Shown one piece after another: positions 44,695-53,586 of a stretch of DNA of 64,000 bases (positions are counted from its first letter, which is position 1; each line of letters opens with the position of its first letter). The position numbers and the translations under genes were made by a program. Below the pieces are notes generated by a model. That model did no database searches. It was not told the DNA's origin and worked only from the letters and a program-made list of their open reading frames with translations. The DNA comes from a virus. Location of the stretch: the IMG/VR virus record IMGVR_UViG_3300045988_080466, one strand, 5' to 3'.

Positions 44695-45939
44695 TTGAAA
44701 AGAATAGGATATTTGCATGAGCAGGTATGTAGCCTGTCTAATATAGAACTTGCTGATAGAAAAGCAAGAAGACACAAATCAGTCAGATGGGGAATCCTGA
44801 AACACGATAAGCATCATGAGAGGGAAAATGAAAAGTTGGCAACCGTTTTGAAGAACTTGACATATCACACTTCAAAATATAGCACGTTTAAAATCTATGA
44901 GCCTAAGGAGAGATTAATCTTTAGGCTTCCATATTATCCTGATAGAATTACGCATCATGCGATAATGAATATAACAGAACCGATATGGGTAAATATATTT
45001 ATCAAACATACATATTCTTGTATAAAAGACAGAGGAATACATGATGTTGCAAAAGACTTAAAGTACGTTTTGCAAAAATATCCAGAAGAAACTAAGTATT
45101 GTTTGAAAATTGATGTGAAGAAATTTTATCCGTCTATTAACCATGACATACTGTACGAAATACTCCAAAAGAAAATAAAAGACCCTAAATTGTTGAGTCT
45201 ACTAAAGGAGATAATATATTCGGCAGACGGAGTACCCATTGGAAACTATTTGTCTCAATTCTTTGCAAATTTATATCTTGCTTATTTTGACCATTGGGTC
45301 AAAGAAGAGCTTAAATGTAAATTCTATTTCAGATATGCAGATGATATAGTAGTATTAAGTGACAATAAAGAATTTTTGAGAACAGTTCTATTGTCAATGA
45401 AATTATATCTGCGAAATGTCTTAAAATTAGAACTTAAACAAAATTATCAAATTTTTCCCGTAAACAGTAGAGGAATAGACTTTGTAGGTTACAAGTTTTT
45501 CCATACTCATGTACTGCTCAGAAAATCTATCAAAGTTAGATTATTCAAGTTAATTAAAGGGTACAAGGATAAGAAAATTGATAGAAACGAGCTAAGAAGG
45601 AGAATGCAATCGTATTTTGGATGGTTAAAGTTCTGTAATTCTAAAAATCTACTCCATAAAATTCAGTTAGAGACTGGATTGAGATTTTCTAACTGGAATG
45701 GGAAGAAGGTAAATATTTCAAGATTCTATGGTAAGTATATTCATATAGTTGACATCATATTGTATAGTAATAGATCCAGAGTCAACTTTGTATATAATTA
45801 TAAGTCATATTATTTTGAGAGTAAGAATAAACGATTGCTTTATTCTATACGTAGATATTCATTACCTGTAAATTTTAAAATAACACCATATGTTAGACCC
45901 AAGAAGAATAGAAGCAAACCTGCAACCCGAACCGATTGA
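44695..45939 (+). CDS. DGR reverse transcriptase
   Basis: KIDVKKFYPSINHD (motif A), GVPIGNYLSQFFANLYL (DGR-type IGxxxSQ motif B), FRYADDIVVL (YADD at about 45334-45345). TTG start per the ORF track. About 100 aa of extra C-terminal sequence. Confidence 0.9.
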   Translation: MKRIGYLHEQVCSLSNIELADRKARRHKSVRWGILKHDKHHERENEKLATVLKNLTYHTSKYSTFKIYEPKERLIFRLPYYPDRITHHAIMNITEPIWVNIFIKHTYSCIKDRGIHDVAKDLKYVLQKYPEETKYCLKIDVKKFYPSINHDILYEILQKKIKDPKLLSLLKEIIYSADGVPIGNYLSQFFANLYLAYFDHWVKEELKCKFYFRYADDIVVLSDNKEFLRTVLLSMKLYLRNVLKLELKQNYQIFPVNSRGIDFVGYKFFHTHVLLRKSIKVRLFKLIKGYKDKKIDRNELRRRMQSYFGWLKFCNSKNLLHKIQLETGLRFSNWNGKKVNISRFYGKYIHIVDIILYSNRSRVNFVYNYKSYYFESKNKRLLYSIRRYSLPVNFKITPYVRPKKNRSKPATRTD

Positions 45940-46264
45940 ATTGCTTGGAAATGGTACATATTACTATAACTATGATATTAAATCAGAAATAGTATACGTT
46001 CCTCACATGGACGGAAGTACAACGGAAGAAATTAGATGGAATTACATTCAGATACATTTAAGTGGAACACCAGAATATAAGGCATGTGCTAGAGCTATTA
46101 TTAGACAATATATTGATGAAGAATCAGAGTTCTCCATAATTAATGACTTTAATGCACACCAATTAGGAATTAGAAAAGATGAAAAAGCATACTCTGAATA
46201 CATAGAGTATATTAATTTAGTTTCAGAAATCAAATCAAAAATTAAGTCGGACTTTAATAAATAA
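45890..46264 (+). CDS. hypothetical acidic protein
   Basis: ORF track. Overlaps the RT 3' end by 50 nt, so the true start may be the internal Met (MDGSTTEE). Confidence 0.5.
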   Translation: MLDPRRIEANLQPEPIELLGNGTYYYNYDIKSEIVYVPHMDGSTTEEIRWNYIQIHLSGTPEYKACARAIIRQYIDEESEFSIINDFNAHQLGIRKDEKAYSEYIEYINLVSEIKSKIKSDFNK

Positions 46265-46268
46265 AATT

Positions 46269-46673
46269 ATGGATTACGCAATTGTAACAAAAGAATGGAT
46301 GACACAACGTGGTTTAATCATAGAACCACACATGAGAACAAGTGTAGATAACAACAAAGTAGTATTACACAAATCGTGGCTAAGACCTTTCTTAGAAGAT
46401 GAAGGTATTGAGCTTTACTATCATGACGACCCTGCTTTTATAGCACTATTAGCATCTGCAGAATGGACATCTCCTGAGGGAGAAATCGAACCTGTGTCTA
46501 TGGGAGAAGGAACAAAAGAAAGTCCTTACACATATGATGGAGTAATGTCTTTAGTAAAGGGTAACTATTACTCACAAGATGGAGTTACATATCTATGTAC
46601 AAGAAGTCTTTATGAAGAAAACAGCACTGCTCTTAAAGATTTAATAGGAATGTATGTAAAGGAAGCTGCCTAA
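46269..46673 (+). CDS. hypothetical protein
   Basis: ORF track. Followed by a long terminator hairpin. Confidence 0.6.
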   Translation: MDYAIVTKEWMTQRGLIIEPHMRTSVDNNKVVLHKSWLRPFLEDEGIELYYHDDPAFIALLASAEWTSPEGEIEPVSMGEGTKESPYTYDGVMSLVKGNYYSQDGVTYLCTRSLYEENSTALKDLIGMYVKEAA

Positions 46674-46703
46674 ATGGCATCTTTCTCATTTGAAAAATAA
46701 TTT

Positions 46704-46776
46704 TTAACACTCGTAGCTAAATTACAAGAATTTTTAAAGAAATTTAATAATTTAGTTGCGAGTGTTAATTTTTATT
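46704..46776 (+). terminator. long-stem intrinsic terminator
   Basis: 21-nt arms ttaacactcgtagctaaatta (46704-46724) and taatttagttgcgagtgttaa (46748-46768) with 2 mismatches, followed by a T-run. Confidence 0.6.
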
Positions 46777-46778
46777 TA

Positions 46779-46786
46779 TATCTTTG
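46779..46786 (+). promoter_or_regulatory. -7 box TAtcTTTG immediately after the terminator
   Basis: TAnnTTTG match. A GTTG lies 20 nt upstream as an imperfect -33. The ATG at 46914 is about 127 nt downstream. Confidence 0.45.
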
Positions 46787-46913
46787 TGCTGTTACAAATG
46801 GAGAAAGACCGAGACGTCTAAAATTATAATTAGGTCGATTGAAAGGAGTAATAAGTAACTGATAATAAAAAAAGTTACTTTAGTTCATTTATTAATTTAA
46901 AAAATTTTTAAAC

Positions 46914-47798
46914 ATGGCAGAGTTTTTAACAATGGAAGATGCCGAAAACAAATTCGGTACGAAAGGGAGAACAAATGCGGGCCTAACCCTAGGTATTATT
47001 GGTACAGCACTAGCTGCACTTGGTAATAACGGAGGAGGCTGTGGAAACAACGGTGGTATTTTAGGTGGACTCTTCGGAGGAAACAATGGCTCTTGTTGCG
47101 CTATGCAACAAGCAGAACAGGCTAAAACGTTAGCAATGGTTCAAGGACAACAGGCAGATAATTTATCTTGGGCAAATAGAGTACAATCTATGCAAGACGA
47201 CATCAACCTATATACTTACATCAATGCGGCTGATACAGGACTTCGTAATCAAAACTACGAAGGAAGAATCACCGACCAGGGAGAAAAATGTAATATGTAT
47301 ATAGACCTTATAACAAGAGACAACGCACAGAATCTGAGATTGTGTGATGAACTCTATAAGAGAAGAGAACAAGATGTCCAAGAAAAGTCTGATTTGTTCG
47401 CAAGATTAAGTACTAGAATCAGTGATTTAGAGAAGAAAGAAGCTGCTACATCAGCTGCATTACCTCTAATGTTCGAACTTGCAAAAGAAAAGTCAGAAAG
47501 ATATTCTGATGCTTGCTGCTGCAAGAGCGAAAAAGATTTACTTAAAACTGCTAGTGCTCTTCAAACTGAAGGTATGGCTGTAGCTAACAACTTACAAAGA
47601 CAACTTGACCATAAAATTACTGGAGAATTAAAATATTCTTATAGTAACTTATGTGCTCCTGTTCCTAGTATAGCTCCTCTTTATTGTAGTCCGTTTACGC
47701 AATATGGTACAGGCATGTACGCTGGTACAGCTGCTTCTAACTGGAACGCAGTGAATACAGCTATTAATGGAGCTTGTCCTTCTTGCCAAGCACAATAA
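46914..47798 (+). CDS. hypothetical membrane-anchored Gly/Cys-rich coiled-coil protein
   Basis: N-terminal LTLGIIGTALAALG hydrophobic segment, then GNNGGGCGNNGGILGGLFGGNNGSCC. Central coiled coil. Cys clusters (ACCCK, CAPVPS..YCSP, CPSCQ). Has its own promoter and terminator. Confidence 0.65.
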   Translation: MAEFLTMEDAENKFGTKGRTNAGLTLGIIGTALAALGNNGGGCGNNGGILGGLFGGNNGSCCAMQQAEQAKTLAMVQGQQADNLSWANRVQSMQDDINLYTYINAADTGLRNQNYEGRITDQGEKCNMYIDLITRDNAQNLRLCDELYKRREQDVQEKSDLFARLSTRISDLEKKEAATSAALPLMFELAKEKSERYSDACCCKSEKDLLKTASALQTEGMAVANNLQRQLDHKITGELKYSYSNLCAPVPSIAPLYCSPFTQYGTGMYAGTAASNWNAVNTAINGACPSCQAQ

Positions 47799-47805
47799 GA
47801 TATTG

Positions 47806-47843
47806 AAAGGAGATTATGTAACAGTAGTCTCCTTTCTTTTTTT
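47806..47843 (+). terminator. rho-independent terminator
   Basis: aaaggaga (47806-47813) / tctccttt (47828-47835), followed by c and T7. Confidence 0.7.
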
Positions 47844-47853
47844 ATAACCTAAA

Positions 47854-48339
47854 ATGCTCAAAATTATGACTACAAAAATAACTCCATTTGGAACCGAAGA
47901 TAACGGGAGTCAAATATTAGAGTTTAATGTTTCTATACCTAAGGGAGCAAATACAAGTATAGCTCCTAACTCTACACTAACAGTAACACAAAGATTCGCA
48001 GAAGTCTATAATCAAGCCACTTCTGGTGCTGCTTCTTATAGACAAGTCACTAAACTAGATGTGGTTCATAACCTACAATATGTTGATTGTAAGGGTGCAC
48101 CAAAAGTTATCACAAACGTCACTTCAACTATTATCGATACTCCGGCAACTTCCGCTACTCCAGAAACTCTGACACCAGAGATTTTCAAAGTAGTTGATGT
48201 TTTAATTCCAAGAGGAAAGACAATAGTAACACAAGATTTAATTAACGATTTACCTACAACTACGCCACAGTTGGCTCATTGTGCTTATTCTGTATTCGTT
48301 ATACAGATGGCAGCATCTGCTCCAGCACCAGCGCAGTAA
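47854..48339 (+). CDS. hypothetical protein
   Basis: ORF track. T/S/A/P-rich. Confidence 0.6.
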   Translation: MLKIMTTKITPFGTEDNGSQILEFNVSIPKGANTSIAPNSTLTVTQRFAEVYNQATSGAASYRQVTKLDVVHNLQYVDCKGAPKVITNVTSTIIDTPATSATPETLTPEIFKVVDVLIPRGKTIVTQDLINDLPTTTPQLAHCAYSVFVIQMAASAPAPAQ

Positions 48340-48355
48340 CTAATTAATTTATGAC

Positions 48356-48799
48356 ATGTTTGGCGATACTTTTAGTAACAATAGCTTGGGTGATTTACAG
48401 AAGACTTACTACCAACAACTGGAAACGTTGAACAGGATGCAACAGCAGCAACAAGCGACTAACACTTCTATATTAGAAGAGATTAATAAATCAGTCGGGA
48501 TGCTTAGTTCTGAGGAACAATCAGTATTGGCTAATTCACATGATTATCAATTAGCAAAACAAACCTATGAAGCCGGTTTTATGGCTTACTTAGGAAATAA
48601 ATTCGCTGGAGAATACGTAAGTAGTCCGGATGGAAAAATTGCTGCTGAAAATCTATTGAGTGCAATTAATAAGTCCAAGGAAAAAATTGCAATAGAATTA
48701 AAGAAAAAACAAGAAAAACTTGATACAATGCTTAATCTATTGGAAAATGACCCAGAAATAAAGAAGAGATATGATGAACTTATGATGAATAAACAATAA
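48356..48799 (+). CDS. hypothetical protein
   Basis: ORF track. Confidence 0.6.
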   Translation: MFGDTFSNNSLGDLQKTYYQQLETLNRMQQQQQATNTSILEEINKSVGMLSSEEQSVLANSHDYQLAKQTYEAGFMAYLGNKFAGEYVSSPDGKIAAENLLSAINKSKEKIAIELKKKQEKLDTMLNLLENDPEIKKRYDELMMNKQ

Positions 48800-48803
48800 T
48801 ACT

Positions 48804-49124
48804 ATGGTTAGTGACAAAGAAATATTAATGCAAGCTGCTGAGAAATATGCAAAGGATATCGCGAGTAATTTCTTCGGATTATCCACTATTCCAGTACAAA
48901 CTGCTATCACCTATGTTGTAAGAAATTGGGTTGATAAACACAACGCTCTAATTGACTTATTTGTTGATATTGACGGAAATATAAATACGAAGATTCTAGG
49001 AGATGCTGCAAAATCAGTATTGAAAGAGAACGACGGTTTCAAAATTGGAAAAGTAAAATTCACTGAAGCCGATGTAGATGATTTATTTAGTACTTTCAAT
49101 GACATCAAGTCTAGAAATATATAA
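48804..49124 (+). CDS. hypothetical protein
   Basis: ORF track. Terminator downstream. Confidence 0.6.
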   Translation: MVSDKEILMQAAEKYAKDIASNFFGLSTIPVQTAITYVVRNWVDKHNALIDLFVDIDGNINTKILGDAAKSVLKENDGFKIGKVKFTEADVDDLFSTFNDIKSRNI

Positions 49125-49128
49125 TAAG

Positions 49129-49167
49129 ATACCATCGGCATTAATTTGTCGGTGGTATTTTCGTTTT
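49129..49167 (+). terminator. rho-independent terminator
   Basis: ataccatcg (49129-49137) / cggtggtat (49150-49158), 9 bp including one G-U pair, followed by tttcgtttt. Confidence 0.55.
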
Positions 49168-49184
49168 AATATACTTAATAAATC

Positions 49185-52100
49185 ATGGAAAACGTTAGAG
49201 TAGACTCTCTCTTGGGAAACAAAAAAGTAATAGTTGGAAATCCCTATTCTGACATTGTACTAGAAACTCTAGGTAAAGTATATATAAAGTCAGGAAGAAA
49301 TTGTAAACTATTGGATGATGTTATAAAAGAATTAGCCACAATTACTGAGAAACCTCAGGAAGAAGTGTATGCTAAGACTATCATAGTAAATAGCGTCGAT
49401 GAGCTAGAGTCTCTCGATTATCCGGGAGATGGCTATTTAATTTACAATTCTCTTAATAAGTCTTTATATATCTCATATGAAGATAAATACATAGCTTTAA
49501 TTGAATCTGTTGCAGATACGTCAGAGAACTATGTAAAGAAAACAGGAGATTCAATGTCTGGGCAGCTGGAAATAACAGTGGATGCTTTTCCACCTCTTAT
49601 TGTTCATTCTAAAAAGTTAGTTAGTAATTTTAATGCCAATTACCTTGAAGGTTATGCAGCAAAGGATTTAGCTAAGAAGAAAGTTGATGAAATTATTTCT
49701 GGAGACTGGACGTTTACTGGAAGCAATATATCTAAAGCAAATTGGAGATTTTACAGAGACATAATAGTCGACGGAAGTATAACTTCTCCATTTTTCTCAT
49801 CTGGATTCTCGGGCTCTGGTTGGAGAATTGACGCAACAACAAATACCCTTACCATCGACTACTTGGTAGTAAGAAAAGCCATGCAAGTATATGAAATGGT
49901 GGTAAATAAAATTACAGCAACTAACGGTTCTCTTTGGGTATCTAATGCAAGCAAAGTAGAAAACTTTGTCTTAGCTTATGAAACTACTACAACAGAGTTC
50001 CTAAACGAATTTAATGAAGCATATAAGAACGCTTCTGGCGGAACAGATTTTACAGAACTGGACGACCTTGCTCGGTCACTACTCACTTCATTACTGTCCC
50101 AACGGACTGATATTATCTTTACTGATAAAAATGTGAGGGCTTATATGGTAGGAGACTCTTCGTGGCAATGTCCGGCTATTTTGACCCATATAACAGATGC
50201 CTATGCATTGGCAAATTCTACACTGTTTACAAACATAAATCAACTATGGGATAAGTCGTTCTTAGATAGCATCAACATAGAAGACCCTCAAACTCCAGAA
50301 ACACTGGCAGTCAATAATTCGGCTCAAGCAATTGACCTATTTAGTGAGTCTGGGCCCGAATCTTATATGGATATTGTATCAGATGATAACAAATCCATTA
50401 TTAAGAAACCGCTGTATTATAGTTATTTCTATGGTACAGAGAATATCTATGTAGTTGATTTTGACGATGATGAAATCCCAGTCTTTAAACCGGGAGACAT
50501 TGTTAGATGTCAAAAATGGGACAATCAAAATATTAAATATTATGATGCCATAGTACTTGCTCCAATAGGATTACATTCTTTCGCTATTCAATTAGCTAAA
50601 TCTGTGTTTGATAAATATACAGAAGTATCCTATGACGAGAAGGGAAACATATCTGAAATCGTAGAGAAATATAATGATAATCTTTATGATAGAACTGACT
50701 GGACTCCATCTGATGATGATTTAGATTATGAAGGAGAGCCAGTCCAAGAAGAAGAAATAAAAAAGAAGCTGGCAACAGTAGAAATAGGAGATAGTTTAGT
50801 ACAAGTTGGAAATATAAAACCTGACTCTGGAAGACAAAATGCTATTTATCTAACTTCTTCTGACGACCAAGCACCTTATATAAATATACTATCAGATTTA
50901 AATAGACCTGACTATTCTGTACTTTATAAGATTCCTAAATACGATGAAGAGGGAAATCCTATTACTAAAAAGGATGAAGAAGGAAACTTTGTAGAATACG
51001 AATTTGAATATACAAAAACAACTAAAGTAAGAATAGGAAATCTTGGAGGAATTATTGATTATACATTCCCTGCTGATAAACAGCCAAGAGGATATGGCCT
51101 TTATGGACAGAATGTGTATCTTACTGGTAACTTTTATTTGAATAATGGAAAATCAGTAGTAGATGTCTCACAAGATGGAGTATTTCTTAAATACAAAGAA
51201 GCTGGATTATCTATTGCTGATGACCCTAAAACAGGTGACCCTATAATCTCTTTGGAAGCTAACAAGGTATGGATTGGAGATTCCAAAGGACAAATCGGAA
51301 CTTTGTTTAAAGTAGAAGATGGTAAAGCATATATAAACACTGACTTTATTAAAGCCCAAAAGATTGAGGTGCAGGAAATATGGAATTATTCTTTTGATGA
51401 AACTACATCTCAGCAAGTTGAATTACCACTATTTGAGGGGACTTATACTCCAGTTATGTATGAAAGTAGTATAGGAACTATGACTCCGGACCCTCCTTAT
51501 GGAATGGCAGATTCATCAGCATGGACGGGAACAATATCTAAACATGACGGAAGTGGAGTATTTAAAGATTCATCATTATATCCAGGTTCAGCCTGCTTTA
51601 TGGAGTCAGTGAACGGAGAACAAGTTCACATAATGACCCCAATATTATCTTTAAAAAATGGAACTTTAGACGGAAAATTATCTTACTGTAACATTGGAGT
51701 AAATATGGGAGATTTCATTGGAGAAGGCATGGGTGAAATAAAGGTTACAGCTCATAGTGTAGATACAGGCGAATCTTGGGATGTTCCATTCAAAATGGCT
51801 AGTAGAGGAACCTTAGACTATGAATTAAGTGCGATAGAAACTACTGCTGCTACTAATAATTTAATATTTGCTATATCATTGATTCCAGCTTCAAAGGAAA
51901 CTGCACGAAGAATAATAGTAAACATATCAGTTAGTTATTACTACCACGAAGGAGCATTGAACTGGGCTTTATGGAAAAATGGGTCTGGTAGTTTAGCGAG
52001 AGAAAAAATCAACTGGAATAAAGATGGAGAACTTACTGTAAATGGTGACTTTAGGTCTTCCAATGGCCAAACTACCATTTTAATGGGAAATAATTCTAAA

Positions 52101-52592
52101 TCAGCATATTTGAGTATGTTTTCTAATGCTACTGAAGAGCATCCATTATTATATATAAGATATAGAAATGTGGGTTCTGGAAATTCTGTAACTGTGGAAG
52201 TCGATAGTGAGTATACTCATGATGATATATATTATTCAAGAGCAAGATTAACTTGTGAAGGTTTAACTTTTGGATATACACAAAAAGGATATTTAGATTC
52301 TATTATTACATCAGGAATGGGATATACGTATATATCTATGGATAAATATAATGGGTTCCAGATGTCTAATTCAAATTTTAGCTTTGCTGCAGCTCCTGTA
52401 GTTCAGGGTGTCAGTATTGTTATGGGAGGAAAGGCATTTACTATTAGACCTGATGGAGGAGGGATTTGCTTCAACTATGGTGCTTATCCTGGCACCGGCG
52501 GTCATGCTTGGCCTACTAGTATAGACCAAGTTAGTGTTGGGGGAGTATATATTCATACTTCCGATGGAAGTTTACACGTAAAACAATCATGA
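49185..52592 (+). CDS. tail fibre / tail spike-like protein (1135 aa)
   Basis: YVKKTGDSMSGQLEI matches the widespread phage tail-fibre motif (GD/GGxMTGxL). Long beta-rich body. Confidence 0.6.
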   Translation: MENVRVDSLLGNKKVIVGNPYSDIVLETLGKVYIKSGRNCKLLDDVIKELATITEKPQEEVYAKTIIVNSVDELESLDYPGDGYLIYNSLNKSLYISYEDKYIALIESVADTSENYVKKTGDSMSGQLEITVDAFPPLIVHSKKLVSNFNANYLEGYAAKDLAKKKVDEIISGDWTFTGSNISKANWRFYRDIIVDGSITSPFFSSGFSGSGWRIDATTNTLTIDYLVVRKAMQVYEMVVNKITATNGSLWVSNASKVENFVLAYETTTTEFLNEFNEAYKNASGGTDFTELDDLARSLLTSLLSQRTDIIFTDKNVRAYMVGDSSWQCPAILTHITDAYALANSTLFTNINQLWDKSFLDSINIEDPQTPETLAVNNSAQAIDLFSESGPESYMDIVSDDNKSIIKKPLYYSYFYGTENIYVVDFDDDEIPVFKPGDIVRCQKWDNQNIKYYDAIVLAPIGLHSFAIQLAKSVFDKYTEVSYDEKGNISEIVEKYNDNLYDRTDWTPSDDDLDYEGEPVQEEEIKKKLATVEIGDSLVQVGNIKPDSGRQNAIYLTSSDDQAPYINILSDLNRPDYSVLYKIPKYDEEGNPITKKDEEGNFVEYEFEYTKTTKVRIGNLGGIIDYTFPADKQPRGYGLYGQNVYLTGNFYLNNGKSVVDVSQDGVFLKYKEAGLSIADDPKTGDPIISLEANKVWIGDSKGQIGTLFKVEDGKAYINTDFIKAQKIEVQEIWNYSFDETTSQQVELPLFEGTYTPVMYESSIGTMTPDPPYGMADSSAWTGTISKHDGSGVFKDSSLYPGSACFMESVNGEQVHIMTPILSLKNGTLDGKLSYCNIGVNMGDFIGEGMGEIKVTAHSVDTGESWDVPFKMASRGTLDYELSAIETTAATNNLIFAISLIPASKETARRIIVNISVSYYYHEGALNWALWKNGSGSLAREKINWNKDGELTVNGDFRSSNGQTTILMGNNSKSAYLSMFSNATEEHPLLYIRYRNVGSGNSVTVEVDSEYTHDDIYYSRARLTCEGLTFGYTQKGYLDSIITSGMGYTYISMDKYNGFQMSNSNFSFAAAPVVQGVSIVMGGKAFTIRPDGGGICFNYGAYPGTGGHAWPTSIDQVSVGGVYIHTSDGSLHVKQS

Positions 52593-52897
52593 AATTAAAT
52601 GTAAAAGAACGAGTGGCAATATTACAAATGCTTCCAGAAACTGGAAGTCTTGTAGAAATGGTAGATATAATGGAAATTGTGAAAAAGGTAAGATTAGAAG
52701 AGGAAGAAAAGAACAACATAGAGTTTAAAGAAACTAAGAATTCTTTATCTTGGAACGCAGTTAAAGATTTAGGAAAGGATATTGAATTTAAACATGAAGA
52801 AATATCTATTTTAAAAGCTGCTGTGAGAAGACTTGACGAAGAGAAAAGAATCAATGTATCCAATCTCGATATCTGCTTAAAAATAAATAGTTTATGA
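52589..52897 (+). CDS. hypothetical protein upstream of endolysin
   Basis: ORF track. ATGA overlaps on both sides. No TM segment. Confidence 0.55.
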   Translation: MKLNVKERVAILQMLPETGSLVEMVDIMEIVKKVRLEEEEKNNIEFKETKNSLSWNAVKDLGKDIEFKHEEISILKAAVRRLDEEKRINVSNLDICLKINSL

Positions 52898-53484
52898 AAA
52901 TTTTACTAGACAACGGTCACGGAGAGAATACTCCCGGAAAGAGAAGTCCAGATGGCAAACTTAGAGAGTATCTTTATGCAAGAGAGATAGCTTCTATGGT
53001 TTACGATGAACTTTATAATAGAGATTATGATGTCGAACTTCTTGTTCCAGAGACAACTGATATTTCCCTTTCAGAAAGATGTAAACGAGCTAATAAGTTT
53101 GCTAAAGAATTAGGAAATAAAAATGTCTTGTTAGTGTCTATTCATTGTAATGCTGCTGGTAATGGCAGTGCATGGATGGGTGCTAAAGGATGGAGTATCT
53201 TTGTTTCAAATAATGCTTCTACTAATAGTAAATTACTAGCTGACTGTTTGTATGATGCAGCTGAACAGCAAAAACTTAGATTAAGAACCGAAAGACCTGG
53301 ACAGAAATACTGGCAACAGAGCCTTGCTATATGCAGAGATACTAACTGCCCAGCGGTTTTAACAGAAAACTTGTTTCAAGATAATAAAGAAGATGTGGAA
53401 TTTCTTCTTAGTAAGGAGGGAAAGGAAGCTATCGCTAAACTTCACGTAGACGGAATCATCAGATACATTTCCAAAATTTCATAG
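52894..53484 (+). CDS. N-acetylmuramoyl-L-alanine amidase (Amidase_3 family) endolysin
   Basis: KILLDNGHGENTPGKRSPDG, EYLYAREIA, LSERCKRAN, LLVSIHCNAAGNG, PAVLTENLFQDNKEDVEFL follow the Amidase_3 motif order. Confidence 0.85.
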   Translation: MKILLDNGHGENTPGKRSPDGKLREYLYAREIASMVYDELYNRDYDVELLVPETTDISLSERCKRANKFAKELGNKNVLLVSIHCNAAGNGSAWMGAKGWSIFVSNNASTNSKLLADCLYDAAEQQKLRLRTERPGQKYWQQSLAICRDTNCPAVLTENLFQDNKEDVEFLLSKEGKEAIAKLHVDGIIRYISKIS

Positions 53485-53554
53485 GTTAAAGTTATTAAAA
53501 AATGTAAAATTAGAAAATTTTAGTATTTCACTTTATGTGGAATAAAAAAATGAC

Positions 53555-53562
53555 TATATTTG
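53555..53562 (+). promoter_or_regulatory. -7 box TAtaTTTG upstream of the scaffold/capsid genes
   Basis: TAnnTTTG match 24 nt upstream of the ATG at 53587. Only TTTA is found at the -33 position. Confidence 0.4.
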
Positions 53563-53586
53563 CAAATAACTTTAAAAGAATGATAT

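Larger units (their letters stand above)
44239..45939 (+). mobile_element. diversity-generating retroelement cassette (VR - TR - RT), no avd detected
   Basis: Combination of the three features above, all on the + strand: VR end to TR start is 113 nt, TR end to RT start is 145 nt. Confidence 0.85.

Noticed and set aside
44521-44775. 84-aa minus-strand ORF between the DGR target and the RT
   Set aside because: It overlaps the 3' part of the template repeat and the 5' end of the RT gene on the opposite strand. It has odd low-complexity composition and no start context. The region is better explained as TR plus the spacer RNA of the DGR.
45890-46264. ORF downstream of the RT as a candidate Avd accessory protein
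   Set aside because: The protein is acidic and has beta-looking segments (YYYNYDIKSEIVYV), rather than the basic four-helix-bundle character of Avd. There is only positional support.
52440-52530. Possible second DGR variable region in other fibre C-termini (for example the GC-richer patch cctggcaccggcggtcatgcttggcc in 49185..52592)
   Set aside because: By eye it does not align with the template repeat. The C-termini of the 1157-, 2661- and 2160-aa proteins also show no TR-like backbone. This was not an exhaustive computational search.
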